A stretch of 64,000 bases of DNA from Pseudomonadota bacterium (lineage in GTDB: Bacteria > Myxococcota_A > Bradymonadia > UBA4248), in NCBI GenBank assembly GCA_017464085.1, contig JAFUEE010000105.1, positions 7,214 through 71,213 of the forward strand, given 5' to 3'. The notes under the pieces were generated by a model that saw only the letters and a list, made by a program, of their open reading frames with translations, made no database searches and had not been told where the DNA came from. A program made the translations under genes and the position numbers. This document shows, in pieces, positions 46,497 through 55,805 of the stretch. Numbering within the stretch: the stretch's first letter is position 1; each line of letters begins with the position of its first letter.

Positions 46497-46916
46497 GTGG
46501 ATAAGCTTCAGGTGCTTCAAGACGCAGAAAAAAAAGGTGGCAAAGCGCGACGTGATGCCATCGAAAAACTGATGATTTTTGCCCGTGAAAAAGGGTGCAA
46601 TATCGAAGCTGGTGGCGGTCGCATCGGCGGTATCAATTTCCGCTATGGCGGTATCGGTTATGCCATTATGGATATCAGTACGGAAGGTGATGTCAAGCTC
46701 TATGCGCAGCCTCATCCGAACAAAACTGCCCCGGAAGCGCTTAGTAACACGATCAACAAATATCTGGCCGATAACGATGAAAAGCTCAAACTGAAGAGTC
46801 ATCCGATTAACTGTCACGGCCTGCTCAACCAGAAAGTTGAGGAGATTGAGCGCTCTGAGTTGATCAGTTTCTTTGAAGTCGCGCTCAAGGCGATCAAGGA
46901 TACGTATTATTCCTGA
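46497..46916 (+). CDS. Hypothetical small protein (139 aa), lower-GC
   Basis: GTG start after TAGGAGGAAAAC. Gly-rich loop GGGRIGGINFRYGGIGYA. Followed by terminator hairpin 46937-46964. Confidence 0.5.
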   Translation: MDKLQVLQDAEKKGGKARRDAIEKLMIFAREKGCNIEAGGGRIGGINFRYGGIGYAIMDISTEGDVKLYAQPHPNKTAPEALSNTINKYLADNDEKLKLKSHPINCHGLLNQKVEEIERSELISFFEVALKAIKDTYYS

Positions 46917-46936
46917 TATTTCAGGATTTACATTTT

Positions 46937-46964
46937 AAAGCCTCTCGCAAGAGAGGCTTTTTTT
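46937..46964 (+). terminator. Rho-independent terminator
   Basis: aagcctctc-gcaa-gagaggct followed by tttttttt. Confidence 0.75.
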
Positions 46965-47194
46965 TGGCTCTGTTGGCTTCAGACGGGCGAATATGGGGTA
47001 ATCCTCCCCGCGTGCGCCTTCGCGGCTTTCCCCGGGCTGTGTTCGCTGTCGCCCTTTCAGGGCGATTGATATACAAGTCGCTCAGCTTTCCCGCCGCGAC
47101 ACGATGCAATGCCGCGCCTATTTTGCCCACTTTCAGGGCGATTGATATACAAGTTGCCAGCATTGCTTTCCCATATCCATGTTGGCGACAGAGC

Positions 47195-47228
47195 CAAAAA
47201 AAAGCCGCCCAATGGGCGGCTTTTAGAA
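47195..47228 (-). terminator. Rho-independent terminator for the ompA-family gene (bidirectional A8/T4 flanks)
   Basis: aaaaaaaagccgcccaatgggcggctttt. On the minus strand it reads hairpin then T8. Confidence 0.75.
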
Positions 47229-47242
47229 CTGATCAGTTCTGA

Positions 47243-49108
47243 TTATTTTTTCTTGTTTTCGGCTTCTGCGGCTTTGGCTGATTCTTCTTTGCTCAGAACT
47301 TTGACATCATCGCGGGTATAGCCGGCCTCTTTGGCTTCGCGAATGGTCATGGTCTTTTTGACCTCATCCTGCTCAAGGATGTTGAAGACGACGCGGCGGT
47401 TCTTGGCTGCCTGTTCGGCCGTCTCTTTCTTCTGGCCCGGCTGCAACGGCTCGACCGGCTGGGTCATGCCATAACCTTTGTAGGTCATGCGATCTTTTTC
47501 GACGCCGAGTTTGATGAGGCGGTCATAGACGGATTTGGCGCGGTCATTCGAGAGCTTGAGGTTCTTCTTGGCATTGCCGCTGAGGTCTGTGTGGCCCTGG
47601 ATCTCGACTTTCTTGATCTGGGGGTTGTTCTTGAAGACGCCAGCGATTTCTTCGAGGAGGCTGTCAGAAGATTTCTGAATGGTGGCCTTGTTGAGACCGA
47701 AGTTGATGGCTTCGTTGATTTCGATCTTGTCAGCGGTGACTTCGACGCGGCGTTTGATGCAGCCCTTGGCGTCATCGCCTTTTTCGTTCGGGCAGACATC
47801 TTTGCCTTTGCACTGCGGGAAGACAGACGCGAGGTCGTTGTCATAGACCCAGGCATCGCAGAAGCCGTCCTCATCGGGATCGGGATTCTCGCAGCCCTTG
47901 AACTTGTCAGAGGCATGATAGTTCGGGCAATAGTCGATGTCTTTGCAGACGCTGGCATATTTGCTGGAGAGACCTTTCGCGGAGACCCAGGGATCGCGGA
48001 GGCCGTCGCCATCGTTATCGGGATCGGGGCAGCCGTCATCATCGATATTGCCGTCGAGATCTTCGGCTTCGCCGGCGCATTTGTCAGAGCCCTTGCATAC
48101 GCTGGCATATTTGTCCGCAAGACCTTTCTCGGAGACCCAAGGATCGCACACGCCGTCGCCGTCGTTATCGGGATCGGGGCAGCCATCTTCATCTTCAAAG
48201 CCATCGACATCTTCGGCTTCGCCGGTGCATTTGTCAACGCCCTTGCAGGTGCTGGCGAACTGATCGCTGAGGCCTTTTTCGGAAACCCAGGGATCGCAGT
48301 AGCCGTCGCCGTCGCTGTCAGGATTCGGGCAGCCGTTGAATTCTTTGCTGCCTGATTCGTCTTTGCAGTCATCTACGTCATCAAGGACGCCGTCGCCATC
48401 GCTGTCGCCGATATGAACGACCGGGGTTTCATAGTTGCCGAAACGGATACCGACGGCGATGTTCGGACCGGCATACGAAAGCTTGTCGGTGTCGATCTGA
48501 TTGTCGGTGTCGCGCGCTTTGGCATAATCAGACGGCTCAAGGCCGAACTCTTTATAGTAACCGAATGCGATGCGGAGATAAATCGCAAAGATGTCTGCCG
48601 GATAAAATCTCGCTTCGACGAACGGACGGACCAAAAGACCGTGGCCTTCCATTTTCGCATTGTCGTTGTCCAGCCAGGTCTTGCCATAGCCCAGGCCGAT
48701 ACCGACTGCAAATTCATAGAATGAACGGCGGACGCTGAATGCAGGCTCGATACCGCCATAGCCATAGTTGAAGCCTGTGTTCGAAATGTACAGAGACTGG
48801 AAGCCGCCGAATGCGCTCAAACGGAAACCTTCGACCGGCGTCACTTCGACGTACAGCTCATGTTCGGCGACGAAATTCGCATCAAAATAATTCTGTTTCG
48901 CAGGAATCAGAAGATAGTCATTCCAATTCTGCATATCAGTAAAGGTCAGGCCATACTGGAGACCGATACCCCACGATGGCTTGAATGCATAGGAGCCATC
49001 TGCACTTGTGCGCGCTTTCGCATCACTGCTGGAATCTTCAGCGACTGCATTCGTTGAAAAGAGCATCAACAGCGCGGCAGCCATCAAAAAGCGAAATTTT
49101 TTAGCCAT
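47243..49108 (-). CDS. OmpA-family outer membrane protein with thrombospondin type-3 repeats
   Basis: Signal peptide, N-terminal beta-strand-rich region, D.DGDG..D repeats (DSDGDGVLDDVDDC, DPDNDGDGVCDP ...). C-terminal OmpA-like domain GHTDLSGNAKKNLKLSNDRAKSV. Confidence 0.85.
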   Translation of the reverse strand: MAKKFRFLMAAALLMLFSTNAVAEDSSSDAKARTSADGSYAFKPSWGIGLQYGLTFTDMQNWNDYLLIPAKQNYFDANFVAEHELYVEVTPVEGFRLSAFGGFQSLYISNTGFNYGYGGIEPAFSVRRSFYEFAVGIGLGYGKTWLDNDNAKMEGHGLLVRPFVEARFYPADIFAIYLRIAFGYYKEFGLEPSDYAKARDTDNQIDTDKLSYAGPNIAVGIRFGNYETPVVHIGDSDGDGVLDDVDDCKDESGSKEFNGCPNPDSDGDGYCDPWVSEKGLSDQFASTCKGVDKCTGEAEDVDGFEDEDGCPDPDNDGDGVCDPWVSEKGLADKYASVCKGSDKCAGEAEDLDGNIDDDGCPDPDNDGDGLRDPWVSAKGLSSKYASVCKDIDYCPNYHASDKFKGCENPDPDEDGFCDAWVYDNDLASVFPQCKGKDVCPNEKGDDAKGCIKRRVEVTADKIEINEAINFGLNKATIQKSSDSLLEEIAGVFKNNPQIKKVEIQGHTDLSGNAKKNLKLSNDRAKSVYDRLIKLGVEKDRMTYKGYGMTQPVEPLQPGQKKETAEQAAKNRRVVFNILEQDEVKKTMTIREAKEAGYTRDDVKVLSKEESAKAAEAENKKK

Positions 49109-49537
49109 AATACATCCTAAGTTAGGCCCTTCTCTCAGGGCGTTGAAAGCTATGTTCGTTTACGGTCCGCCAATAAAATCTAACATTTTCGCAGGTTTCC
49201 GGCCAAAATCGGCACAAGGCGAGCCAACATGGTTGGCTTATTTACTATCTTTTAGGGGATTTAACAAGTATCAGACCTATTATTTTATGCATGCGATGCC
49301 CCAAAATGCGACATCCCGGCATGCTTTTGGGAGACGGCTTCAAATTTGTCTGCATCATGGATGGCGCGCGGATTTGTGGGGCGACGGCTCTGACTGCGTC
49401 ATACGCCTGCGCGCCGTCTGCTTTGACTGCGTCATACGCAGACGGTTTGCGGGCTATCGGCCTGCGTCCGATACGCCCGCAATGCTGCAATCTTTGGCGT
49501 GTGCGCTTGAGGCTTGTGGTTGAGCCGGCAAGGCATG

Positions 49538-51463
49538 TCACTCGAATTGTGACATCGCTTCATCGAGTTCTGCCTGGGCTGTCATCCAGGCTTCAAAAGC
49601 CGTCTCAAGCTGGGTTTCCAGTTCGGATTTGCGCGTCGTCAGCTCACGGATTTTGCCGCTGTCTTTGTATGTCTCGGGATCTGCGAGCTGCGCGTCCACT
49701 TGCTTGATCGCGTCTTCGAGCGCGCCGGTTTCGGCTTCGAGCTTTTTGACGCGCTCGCTCAGATGTTTGGTGGCCTTCCGGATGGCATCCCGCTGTTGCG
49801 CGGCTTCGATGCGCTTCTGCTTCTTCGCGTTCGGATTTTCGGGCTCAGGCTGTGCGGCCTGGGTTTCTGCGGCTTGCGCGGCCATGAAGGCTTCATGCTC
49901 GCTGTAAGTGCCCTCGAAGATGTCGATCCTGCCGTGGTCGATGGAGGCGATCTTGTTGCATACCTTGTCAATGAACCAGCGGTCATGCGAGATCACGACG
50001 ATTGTTCCCGGATAATCCATCAGGGCGCGTTCGAGCGCTTCGCGGCTGTCCAGATCGAGGTGGTTTGTCGGCTCATCGAGCAGCAGCAGGTTCGGGGCGC
50101 GCAATAGAATCTTCGCCAGCGCCAGCTTATTCTTCTCCCCGCCGGACAGCACGGACACCGGCTTGTCCACGTCCTCATTCGTGAACAGGAATGCGCCGAG
50201 CGCCGCTCGGAGCATCGTCATCGTGATCGTGTTCGGCAGGTCTGCGCCAGCTTCTTCAAGCAGCGTCTTGCTGAAATCGAGCGCGTCCACCTGATGCTGG
50301 GCAAAATGCGCGAGGTGGACGCGGTCCGCGAGCAGACGCTCGCCTTCGAACGGTATGATGTTCGCCAGAATCTTGATCAGCGTCGATTTGCCTGCGCCGT
50401 TCGGCGCGACGAGCGCGAGCTTGTCGCCTCGATAAATCCTGAAATCCAGGTTCCGATAGACGACATTGTCGCCGTAAGATTTGGAGACGTTGCGAAGCTC
50501 GAGCAGCACTTGGGGCGGGCGCTCTGGCTGCGGGAAATGAAAGCGGATCTTCTTGCGGTTCTGGAGCAGCTGGACACTCTCCATTTTTTCGAGCTGTTTG
50601 ACACGGCTCTGGACCTGCTTTGCCTTCGTCGCCTTGTAGCGGAATTTTTCGATGAACGCTTGCTTTTCGGCAATCTCGTGTCGTTGCGCTTCGGCCGTCT
50701 TTTCGAGCTGCTCTTCGAGCGCTTCGCGCATCTCCAGATAGTGATCATAATTGCCCGGAAACTGGAGCAGGCCGTTTTCGTCCAGCGAGCACACACCGTC
50801 GATCACGTGGTTCAGGAATGCCCTGTCGTGGCTCACGATCAGCAAAATGCCCGGATAGCCCGCCAGGAAGGACTCTAGCCATGCGAGCGATTCGATATCC
50901 AGATGGTTTGTCGGTTCGTCCAAGAGCAGAAGGTCGGGCTTTGACAAAAGCAGGCGAGCAAGCAGAATGCGCATCTGCCAGCCGCCTGAAAATTCTGTCG
51001 TCAGCTTGTGGAGCTCGTCATTGCGAAACCCCAGTGATGCCATGATCGACTGCGCTTCGGCGCGCAGTCTGTAACCGCCTTCGGTCTCAAAGATATGCTG
51101 TTTTTCGCCAAACTGGGCAATCAGCTCCGGAGTCGGCGACGCCTCCACCTGCGCCTGAAGAACCTCAAGTTCCGCTTCGATGTCCAGCAGATATTGCTTG
51201 CCTGAAAGCACCAGATCGATCGCCGGCTTCGTGTCCATCGACGTGATTTCTTGCGGCAGATATCCGAGCGTCATATTTTTCGGGATCATGACGCTACCGC
51301 CATCTGCATCCAGTTCTCCGGCGATAATCTTTAAAATAGTCGATTTTCCCGCACCATTGTGGCCGACGAGCGCCGTTCTCTGAAAACGGTCGATCTGCCA
51401 GGTCACATCCTCGAAGAGTTTCTGGGGGCCGAAATATTTTGTCAGTCCTGATACCTGAATCAT
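49538..51463 (-). CDS. ABC-F family ATPase (Uup/EttA-like, two NBDs + C-terminal coiled coil)
   Basis: Walker A GHNGAGKST and APNGAGKST. Signatures FSGGWQMR and LSGGEKNK. No TM domain. ATG at 51463. Confidence 0.9.
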   Translation of the reverse strand: MIQVSGLTKYFGPQKLFEDVTWQIDRFQRTALVGHNGAGKSTILKIIAGELDADGGSVMIPKNMTLGYLPQEITSMDTKPAIDLVLSGKQYLLDIEAELEVLQAQVEASPTPELIAQFGEKQHIFETEGGYRLRAEAQSIMASLGFRNDELHKLTTEFSGGWQMRILLARLLLSKPDLLLLDEPTNHLDIESLAWLESFLAGYPGILLIVSHDRAFLNHVIDGVCSLDENGLLQFPGNYDHYLEMREALEEQLEKTAEAQRHEIAEKQAFIEKFRYKATKAKQVQSRVKQLEKMESVQLLQNRKKIRFHFPQPERPPQVLLELRNVSKSYGDNVVYRNLDFRIYRGDKLALVAPNGAGKSTLIKILANIIPFEGERLLADRVHLAHFAQHQVDALDFSKTLLEEAGADLPNTITMTMLRAALGAFLFTNEDVDKPVSVLSGGEKNKLALAKILLRAPNLLLLDEPTNHLDLDSREALERALMDYPGTIVVISHDRWFIDKVCNKIASIDHGRIDIFEGTYSEHEAFMAAQAAETQAAQPEPENPNAKKQKRIEAAQQRDAIRKATKHLSERVKKLEAETGALEDAIKQVDAQLADPETYKDSGKIRELTTRKSELETQLETAFEAWMTAQAELDEAMSQFE

Positions 51464-51627
51464 TTGTCTGTCTTTTGATACAAGATTGAGTTCTGAATGG
51501 CGCATGCTTGCGCGCTCGCCCTATAACGGCATTTGCGCAAAAGCTCAATTTGCTTTTTGCCAAAGTGTTATTCACAGTAACTGTTCAGCCCTTATGAGCT
51601 GTCTGAAGAATAAGGGGGGGGCATCCA

Positions 51628-51729
51628 GGCAATAGGCAGCAGGCAATAGGCAGTAGTGAGCATGATAAAGCTTCTAGCTTTGATTTCAAATGCATGGCGT
51701 GGCTCTATTGCCGAATGATGTGAACGTGG
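51628..51729 (+). repeat. ~100-bp dispersed intergenic element, copy 2; flanked by a further inverted repeat (51566-51585 / 51753-51772)
   Basis: ~90% identical to the reverse complement of 7792-7893. GGCAATAG...CTATTGCC termini. Outer flanks cagtaactgttcagcc / ggctgaacagtaact. Confidence 0.6.
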
Positions 51730-51945
51730 TCTATAGCGGCTGAATGAGCTGCTACAGGCTGAACAGTAACTTCACACCGGAAATACAGGACTTTTTGGGG
51801 GGAATATGTTTTGAGGGGGCAGGAGGCTGGTTAGTGCATGGGGGCTGTGGAGAATATTCAGTCTTCTTTTGACGCAAGCCGTTTTGTGAACTATGAAAAG
51901 CTGCCGCCGCTTTTGGCGGGCATAAATTCTGTTTGAATGCCGGAT

Positions 51946-52284
51946 ATGAAGAGAATTTTGTTGCCAGTATGTGTCGTGTGCTGTCTGTGCGTTTGCGGAT
52001 GCCGTTCGCAGGCGGACAAGATGGCTGAGTTCTGCCTTGGGTTCGACGAGGCGGTGCAGGGGAGCAGCGAATGTGCAGAGATGGCCAAAAAACTCACGGA
52101 ACATCTGGATGCGGTCCAGCCGAAGCTCAACGATCACGATCTGTGCACGGAGACCACGGCATGTCTGCCTTGCCGCAAAGGCGTGCGCGATATGTTGACG
52201 CGCTGCGGTCATGATCCGGCGTTGCGGCCGGTGTTCGACAGATTGCATTTTTCAAAAACACTGCGTGCAGTGGCGGAGGACTAG
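51946..52284 (+). CDS. Small Cys-rich lipoprotein (hypothetical)
   Basis: MKRILLPVCVVCCLCVCGC signal with lipobox. ~110 aa, helical, several Cys. Confidence 0.45.
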   Translation: MKRILLPVCVVCCLCVCGCRSQADKMAEFCLGFDEAVQGSSECAEMAKKLTEHLDAVQPKLNDHDLCTETTACLPCRKGVRDMLTRCGHDPALRPVFDRLHFSKTLRAVAED

Positions 52285-52286
52285 GG

Positions 52287-52976
52287 ATGGTGCGGCCTGT
52301 ATGTGCAGTGATTGCGTGCCTGCTCGCGCTTTTGGTCAGCACAGCGTGTCTTGCTCAGGAAAAGCAGTCCGGCGCGCTTGATTTCGGCATTGATTTTCAT
52401 CGGAGCATGGGCGGCCGCAATGTGCTGGGCGTTCATGCGCGTGCGATGGCTGTAGACCGTGTGCCGGGGACGCTTGTCGGGCGTTATGGTGAAGCCTGGG
52501 CATCGCTCGGCATCGGCCTGTCAGGGGAGCTCGTGCAGTATTCGATCGGCATGAAGCTCGGCGTAGGGCTGGGGACGGATTATCTCGTCGTGTTTCTGGC
52601 ATCTGGCCTCATGAGCGATTCTTATTACAGCATCAAGGAAGAGTCGAAATCGGATCACGTCGGGCCAGGCCTTGGGCTGCCGCTGATGCTGGGCATCTGG
52701 ATCGATCCGATGCCGGGGCTTTATATCTACTTGATGGCGGAGCCGAGCTGGTCATTCTGGGGCGGCGACCGCAAGACAACGCCGTTCATTCCGTTCAACT
52801 GGGCCTGGGAGCTTCGGCTGCGCGGCGGCATCGGTTTCGATATCTCCGCCATCCATATCCGCATCGAATATACGTTCCATCAGGTCGACCCGTACAGCTG
52901 GCATGTGATCTCCATCGGGTTCGGCCAGTCGAGCAAAGCCATGTCGGAACTCGGCAGACAGCCCGTAAGGGAGTGA
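52287..52976 (+). CDS. Secreted protein, probable outer-membrane beta-barrel (hypothetical)
   Basis: Signal peptide. Alternating hydrophobic beta-strand pattern with Gly/aromatic-rich segments. No motif match. Confidence 0.45.
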   Translation: MVRPVCAVIACLLALLVSTACLAQEKQSGALDFGIDFHRSMGGRNVLGVHARAMAVDRVPGTLVGRYGEAWASLGIGLSGELVQYSIGMKLGVGLGTDYLVVFLASGLMSDSYYSIKEESKSDHVGPGLGLPLMLGIWIDPMPGLYIYLMAEPSWSFWGGDRKTTPFIPFNWAWELRLRGGIGFDISAIHIRIEYTFHQVDPYSWHVISIGFGQSSKAMSELGRQPVRE

Positions 52977-52995
52977 TTGTGTGGGGATGTTTAGT

Positions 52996-53039
52996 GGGGG
53001 AACCTCTTTCTTTGGTGCCCAAAGAAAGGAGGTTCCCCC
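52996..53039. repeat. 45-bp palindrome (REP/terminator-like), copy 2
   Basis: gggggaacctctttctttggtgcc/caaagaaaggaggttccccc, 20 bp after the stop at 52976. Flanks homologous to 7336-7415 over ~90 bp. Confidence 0.8.
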
Positions 53040-53083
53040 ATACCCCCTCCAGAAAGAAAGGCAATGGGGAGGGGGGAGGCTAT

Positions 53084-53155
53084 GATGGTACGCGCACGGC
53101 GTGCGGGAGGCATCGACACACCGTTGATGGTACGCGCACGGCGTGCGGGAGGCAT
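53084..53155. repeat. 30-bp direct repeat x2 (gatggtacgcgcacggcgtgcgggaggcat) with 12-bp spacer
   Basis: Seen directly. Only two copies, so not a CRISPR array. Confidence 0.7.
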
Positions 53156-53275
53156 AAACAAAAAAAAGCCGCGTATGACCAAAGGTCATAGCGGCTTGGG
53201 GAGCTGTAGCGCCGCAGGCGGCGCAAAGCGAGCATCCGGGCCGTATGCCGTCAGGCATAGGCCGGATATTGGAAA

Positions 53276-54688
53276 TTAGTCTTTGAAGCCTTCCGACATC
53301 TCGGTGAAGTAATCGATCGTGGTCGGATCGAAGCAGCCCTTGCGGCTGATGGCCGTTTCGCCTTCTTCGGGGACTTCGGCAGGAATGTCGATGCATTTGT
53401 AACCTTCGCGGCAGTCGCTGTCATTCGCGCAGGCCTTGAGGCACATATCGAAACCGACGGCGATGTTCGCGTATGCTGATTCGACGCCCGTGGTGTAGGA
53501 GTATTTCTGGCCGCCGGCGGGGCATGCAGCCGACTGGGCTTTGCTGTGGTCGCCGGTGTTTATCTTGTTGACCGGGCTGTTGGGGTCAGATTTTTTGATC
53601 GTGGTGATGCCCAGAGTGTCAAGCATGCCGCCCTGGCCGTCGATGTCGATGGCAGCGGTCAGGCAATAGCCGTCTTTGGACTTGAATTCGATGCCGCTGG
53701 CGACGGTGTCTTTGACGTATTTTTCGAGCTCGGCGTCGATGAGCGTGGGATCGATGCCCTTGACGATGCCGAGGATGGCATTGAGGAGTTCGTCAGCGCC
53801 GGTGACGGTGATTTTGGCATCGCGGAGGCAGCCGACGGTCATGCCGGCAGGAGCGGTCACGGCTTCACAGCCCTTGTTCGACTTCGAGAAGAAGTTCGGG
53901 GCGGTGATGATGAAGCTGTCGCTGTTGAGCTTGTCGAGGAGGCCTTTGAAGTCGATGTCCTTGAGCTCTGCGAGGTCGGCGGGGATGAGCGAGGAGATCA
54001 TCGGGATCATCGAGGGGGCCGTGCCGAGAGAGGTGACGATCTCTTTGCCGGTGATCGTGAAGGAGCAGTCAGCGCCCGTGCAGGAGCAGGCAACGCCGAG
54101 GACGGAGTCGGCCTTGACTTCTGCTTTGGGGTTGCAGTAACCGCCGGAGCATTCTTCGTTGGCACCGCAGTTCTGAACGGCGCTCCAGGCTTTGCCGTCG
54201 TCATTGCAGACCTTGTAGGAGGTATCGCCGGCGCATCTGCGCGCTTTGGGCTGGCAGAAGTTGACGCATGCGCCAGCGCGGCAGACTTTGCCGTTGGCGC
54301 CGCAGTCTTCTGTGGAGACCACGAAGCCGTCCGCGCCGCAGGTGATGATTTTGGTGCCGGTGCTGTCGCAGCCCGAAGTCGTGCAGGGCACTTTGTCTGT
54401 GGGCTCGTTGGGATTGGGCTTGTTGGGATCGATCTGGTCGCCGGAGCCATAGCACGCGCCGTTGATGCAGCTCTTGCCGCTCTGTGCGCAGTCCGTGCCG
54501 GCGACGAGGTTGCCGCTGGCATCGCAGGTCATCGGGATGGTGCCGTTGCAGGTGGCCTTGCAGGTGGTTGTCGGCTCGGAGGGCTCTGACGGGGTATTGG
54601 TGTCATTGGAATCGTCATCACAGGCGACGAGGCTCAGCGAAAGTGCTGCCATGGCAGCGAGCGCGAAGAAATTACGTTTCATTTTCAT
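53276..54688 (-). CDS. Cys-rich secreted lipoprotein (470 aa)
   Basis: Lipobox LVAC followed by DDD. ~30 Cys. The N-terminal module TCKATCNGTIPMTCDASGNLVAGTDC is paralogous to 54822-55676. Confidence 0.6.
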   Translation of the reverse strand: MKMKRNFFALAAMAALSLSLVACDDDSNDTNTPSEPSEPTTTCKATCNGTIPMTCDASGNLVAGTDCAQSGKSCINGACYGSGDQIDPNKPNPNEPTDKVPCTTSGCDSTGTKIITCGADGFVVSTEDCGANGKVCRAGACVNFCQPKARRCAGDTSYKVCNDDGKAWSAVQNCGANEECSGGYCNPKAEVKADSVLGVACSCTGADCSFTITGKEIVTSLGTAPSMIPMISSLIPADLAELKDIDFKGLLDKLNSDSFIITAPNFFSKSNKGCEAVTAPAGMTVGCLRDAKITVTGADELLNAILGIVKGIDPTLIDAELEKYVKDTVASGIEFKSKDGYCLTAAIDIDGQGGMLDTLGITTIKKSDPNSPVNKINTGDHSKAQSAACPAGGQKYSYTTGVESAYANIAVGFDMCLKACANDSDCREGYKCIDIPAEVPEEGETAISRKGCFDPTTIDYFTEMSEGFKD

Positions 54689-54821
54689 GTTCATATCCTT
54701 GAGTATCAGTTCGGAATGGCTTTGCACACCTTGTGCAAAGCCCGTGTTCCGGGCGTTCAAAAGCGGGCGCGTCCATAGCCCTTTATGGTTTAAAATTCAA
54801 GCATTGGGGCTAGATGGGCGA

Positions 54822-55676
54822 TTAAAATTGAGTGAAAGTGATATTGTTTCCCAAAAATTCAAAGTTGGCCTCGTTATAACAGAATTTGAGGCCTTCGCGT
54901 TCGATGCAGTAGACTTCGCCTTCGGGGTTGCAGTCGCTGTCATCTCGGCAGGATTTTGCGCAAACTCTGTCTTCGATTTTGGAGGGTTCGTTCATGATCG
55001 GGTAGTCGAACGGCGCGACGAGCATGACGGTGCCTTTGGGGCAGGAAGTCATGGCCTTGACATCGCCGAATGCGGCAGTGCCGCAGAATGTGCTGCCTTC
55101 GCAGCCGACAGCAGCCACGGCGCAGTAGCCTTGTGGGAAATAGACAGGCGGCGCCATCGTGGCGGCGTCTTTGTCGATCGTGCGCAGGCAGACGACTTTC
55201 GCGCCGGGAATATCGCTGGCATCGACGTTTTCGCACCCCTTGATGCTGCCTGAGATGCCATCGCCCTCGATGGGCACGGGGAGCGGGATGGTGCCGACGA
55301 CACAGCCGTTGGCCAGCTCCGGGTCATCCGGGGTGCATTCGCAGGGGGCGCCGATCCATTTGTCAAGCGTGACGATCTCGACGGGGTCGCTCGGGGTTGT
55401 TGAACCTTTTGCTTTGCAGGTGCCGTTTTCGCAGATCTGGTCGCTCAGCGCGCAGTCTGTGCCTTTGACGAGGTCGCCTGCGCTGTTGCAGACCAGGGGG
55501 ACTGTGCCGTCACATGTCGAGATGCAGGATTTCTGAGGGGGGACGTAGTCGCAGGTATCGAACTCTTCGCAGTCATATTCGGCCACATGGTTGCCCGCAT
55601 TGTCGCAGGCAAAGAGGCCGGTCAAAGCAACGCCCGCGATGCAGCAGAGCGAAAGTCGTTTCAAAAATGAAGTCAT
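54822..55676 (-). CDS. Cys-rich secreted lipoprotein (284 aa), paralog of the upstream gene's N-terminal module
   Basis: Lipobox LFAC followed by DN. SCISTCDGTVPLVCNSAGDLVKGTDC module. ~24 Cys. Confidence 0.6.
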   Translation of the reverse strand: MTSFLKRLSLCCIAGVALTGLFACDNAGNHVAEYDCEEFDTCDYVPPQKSCISTCDGTVPLVCNSAGDLVKGTDCALSDQICENGTCKAKGSTTPSDPVEIVTLDKWIGAPCECTPDDPELANGCVVGTIPLPVPIEGDGISGSIKGCENVDASDIPGAKVVCLRTIDKDAATMAPPVYFPQGYCAVAAVGCEGSTFCGTAAFGDVKAMTSCPKGTVMLVAPFDYPIMNEPSKIEDRVCAKSCRDDSDCNPEGEVYCIEREGLKFCYNEANFEFLGNNITFTQF

Positions 55677-55805
55677 ACAAAACCTAATCAAATGATCTGT
55701 CCATAAGCCAGGTCCGCAAGAATTGCGTGCCGTCAAACGGTGCGGATAAACGCGGCTGTGCAGATTTCATTCAAATAAAAAATGGCTGTGCTTTGGGGCA
55801 GCCGG

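Noticed and set aside
53084-53155. Possible CRISPR-like repeat-spacer
   Set aside because: Only two 30-bp repeat copies. No further units and no cas genes in the window.
53546-54589. 347-aa plus-strand ORF overlapping the Cys-rich lipoprotein gene 53276-54688
   Set aside because: Gly/Ala/Val-rich antisense translation with no signal or motifs. The minus-strand product has a lipobox and a paralog next door.
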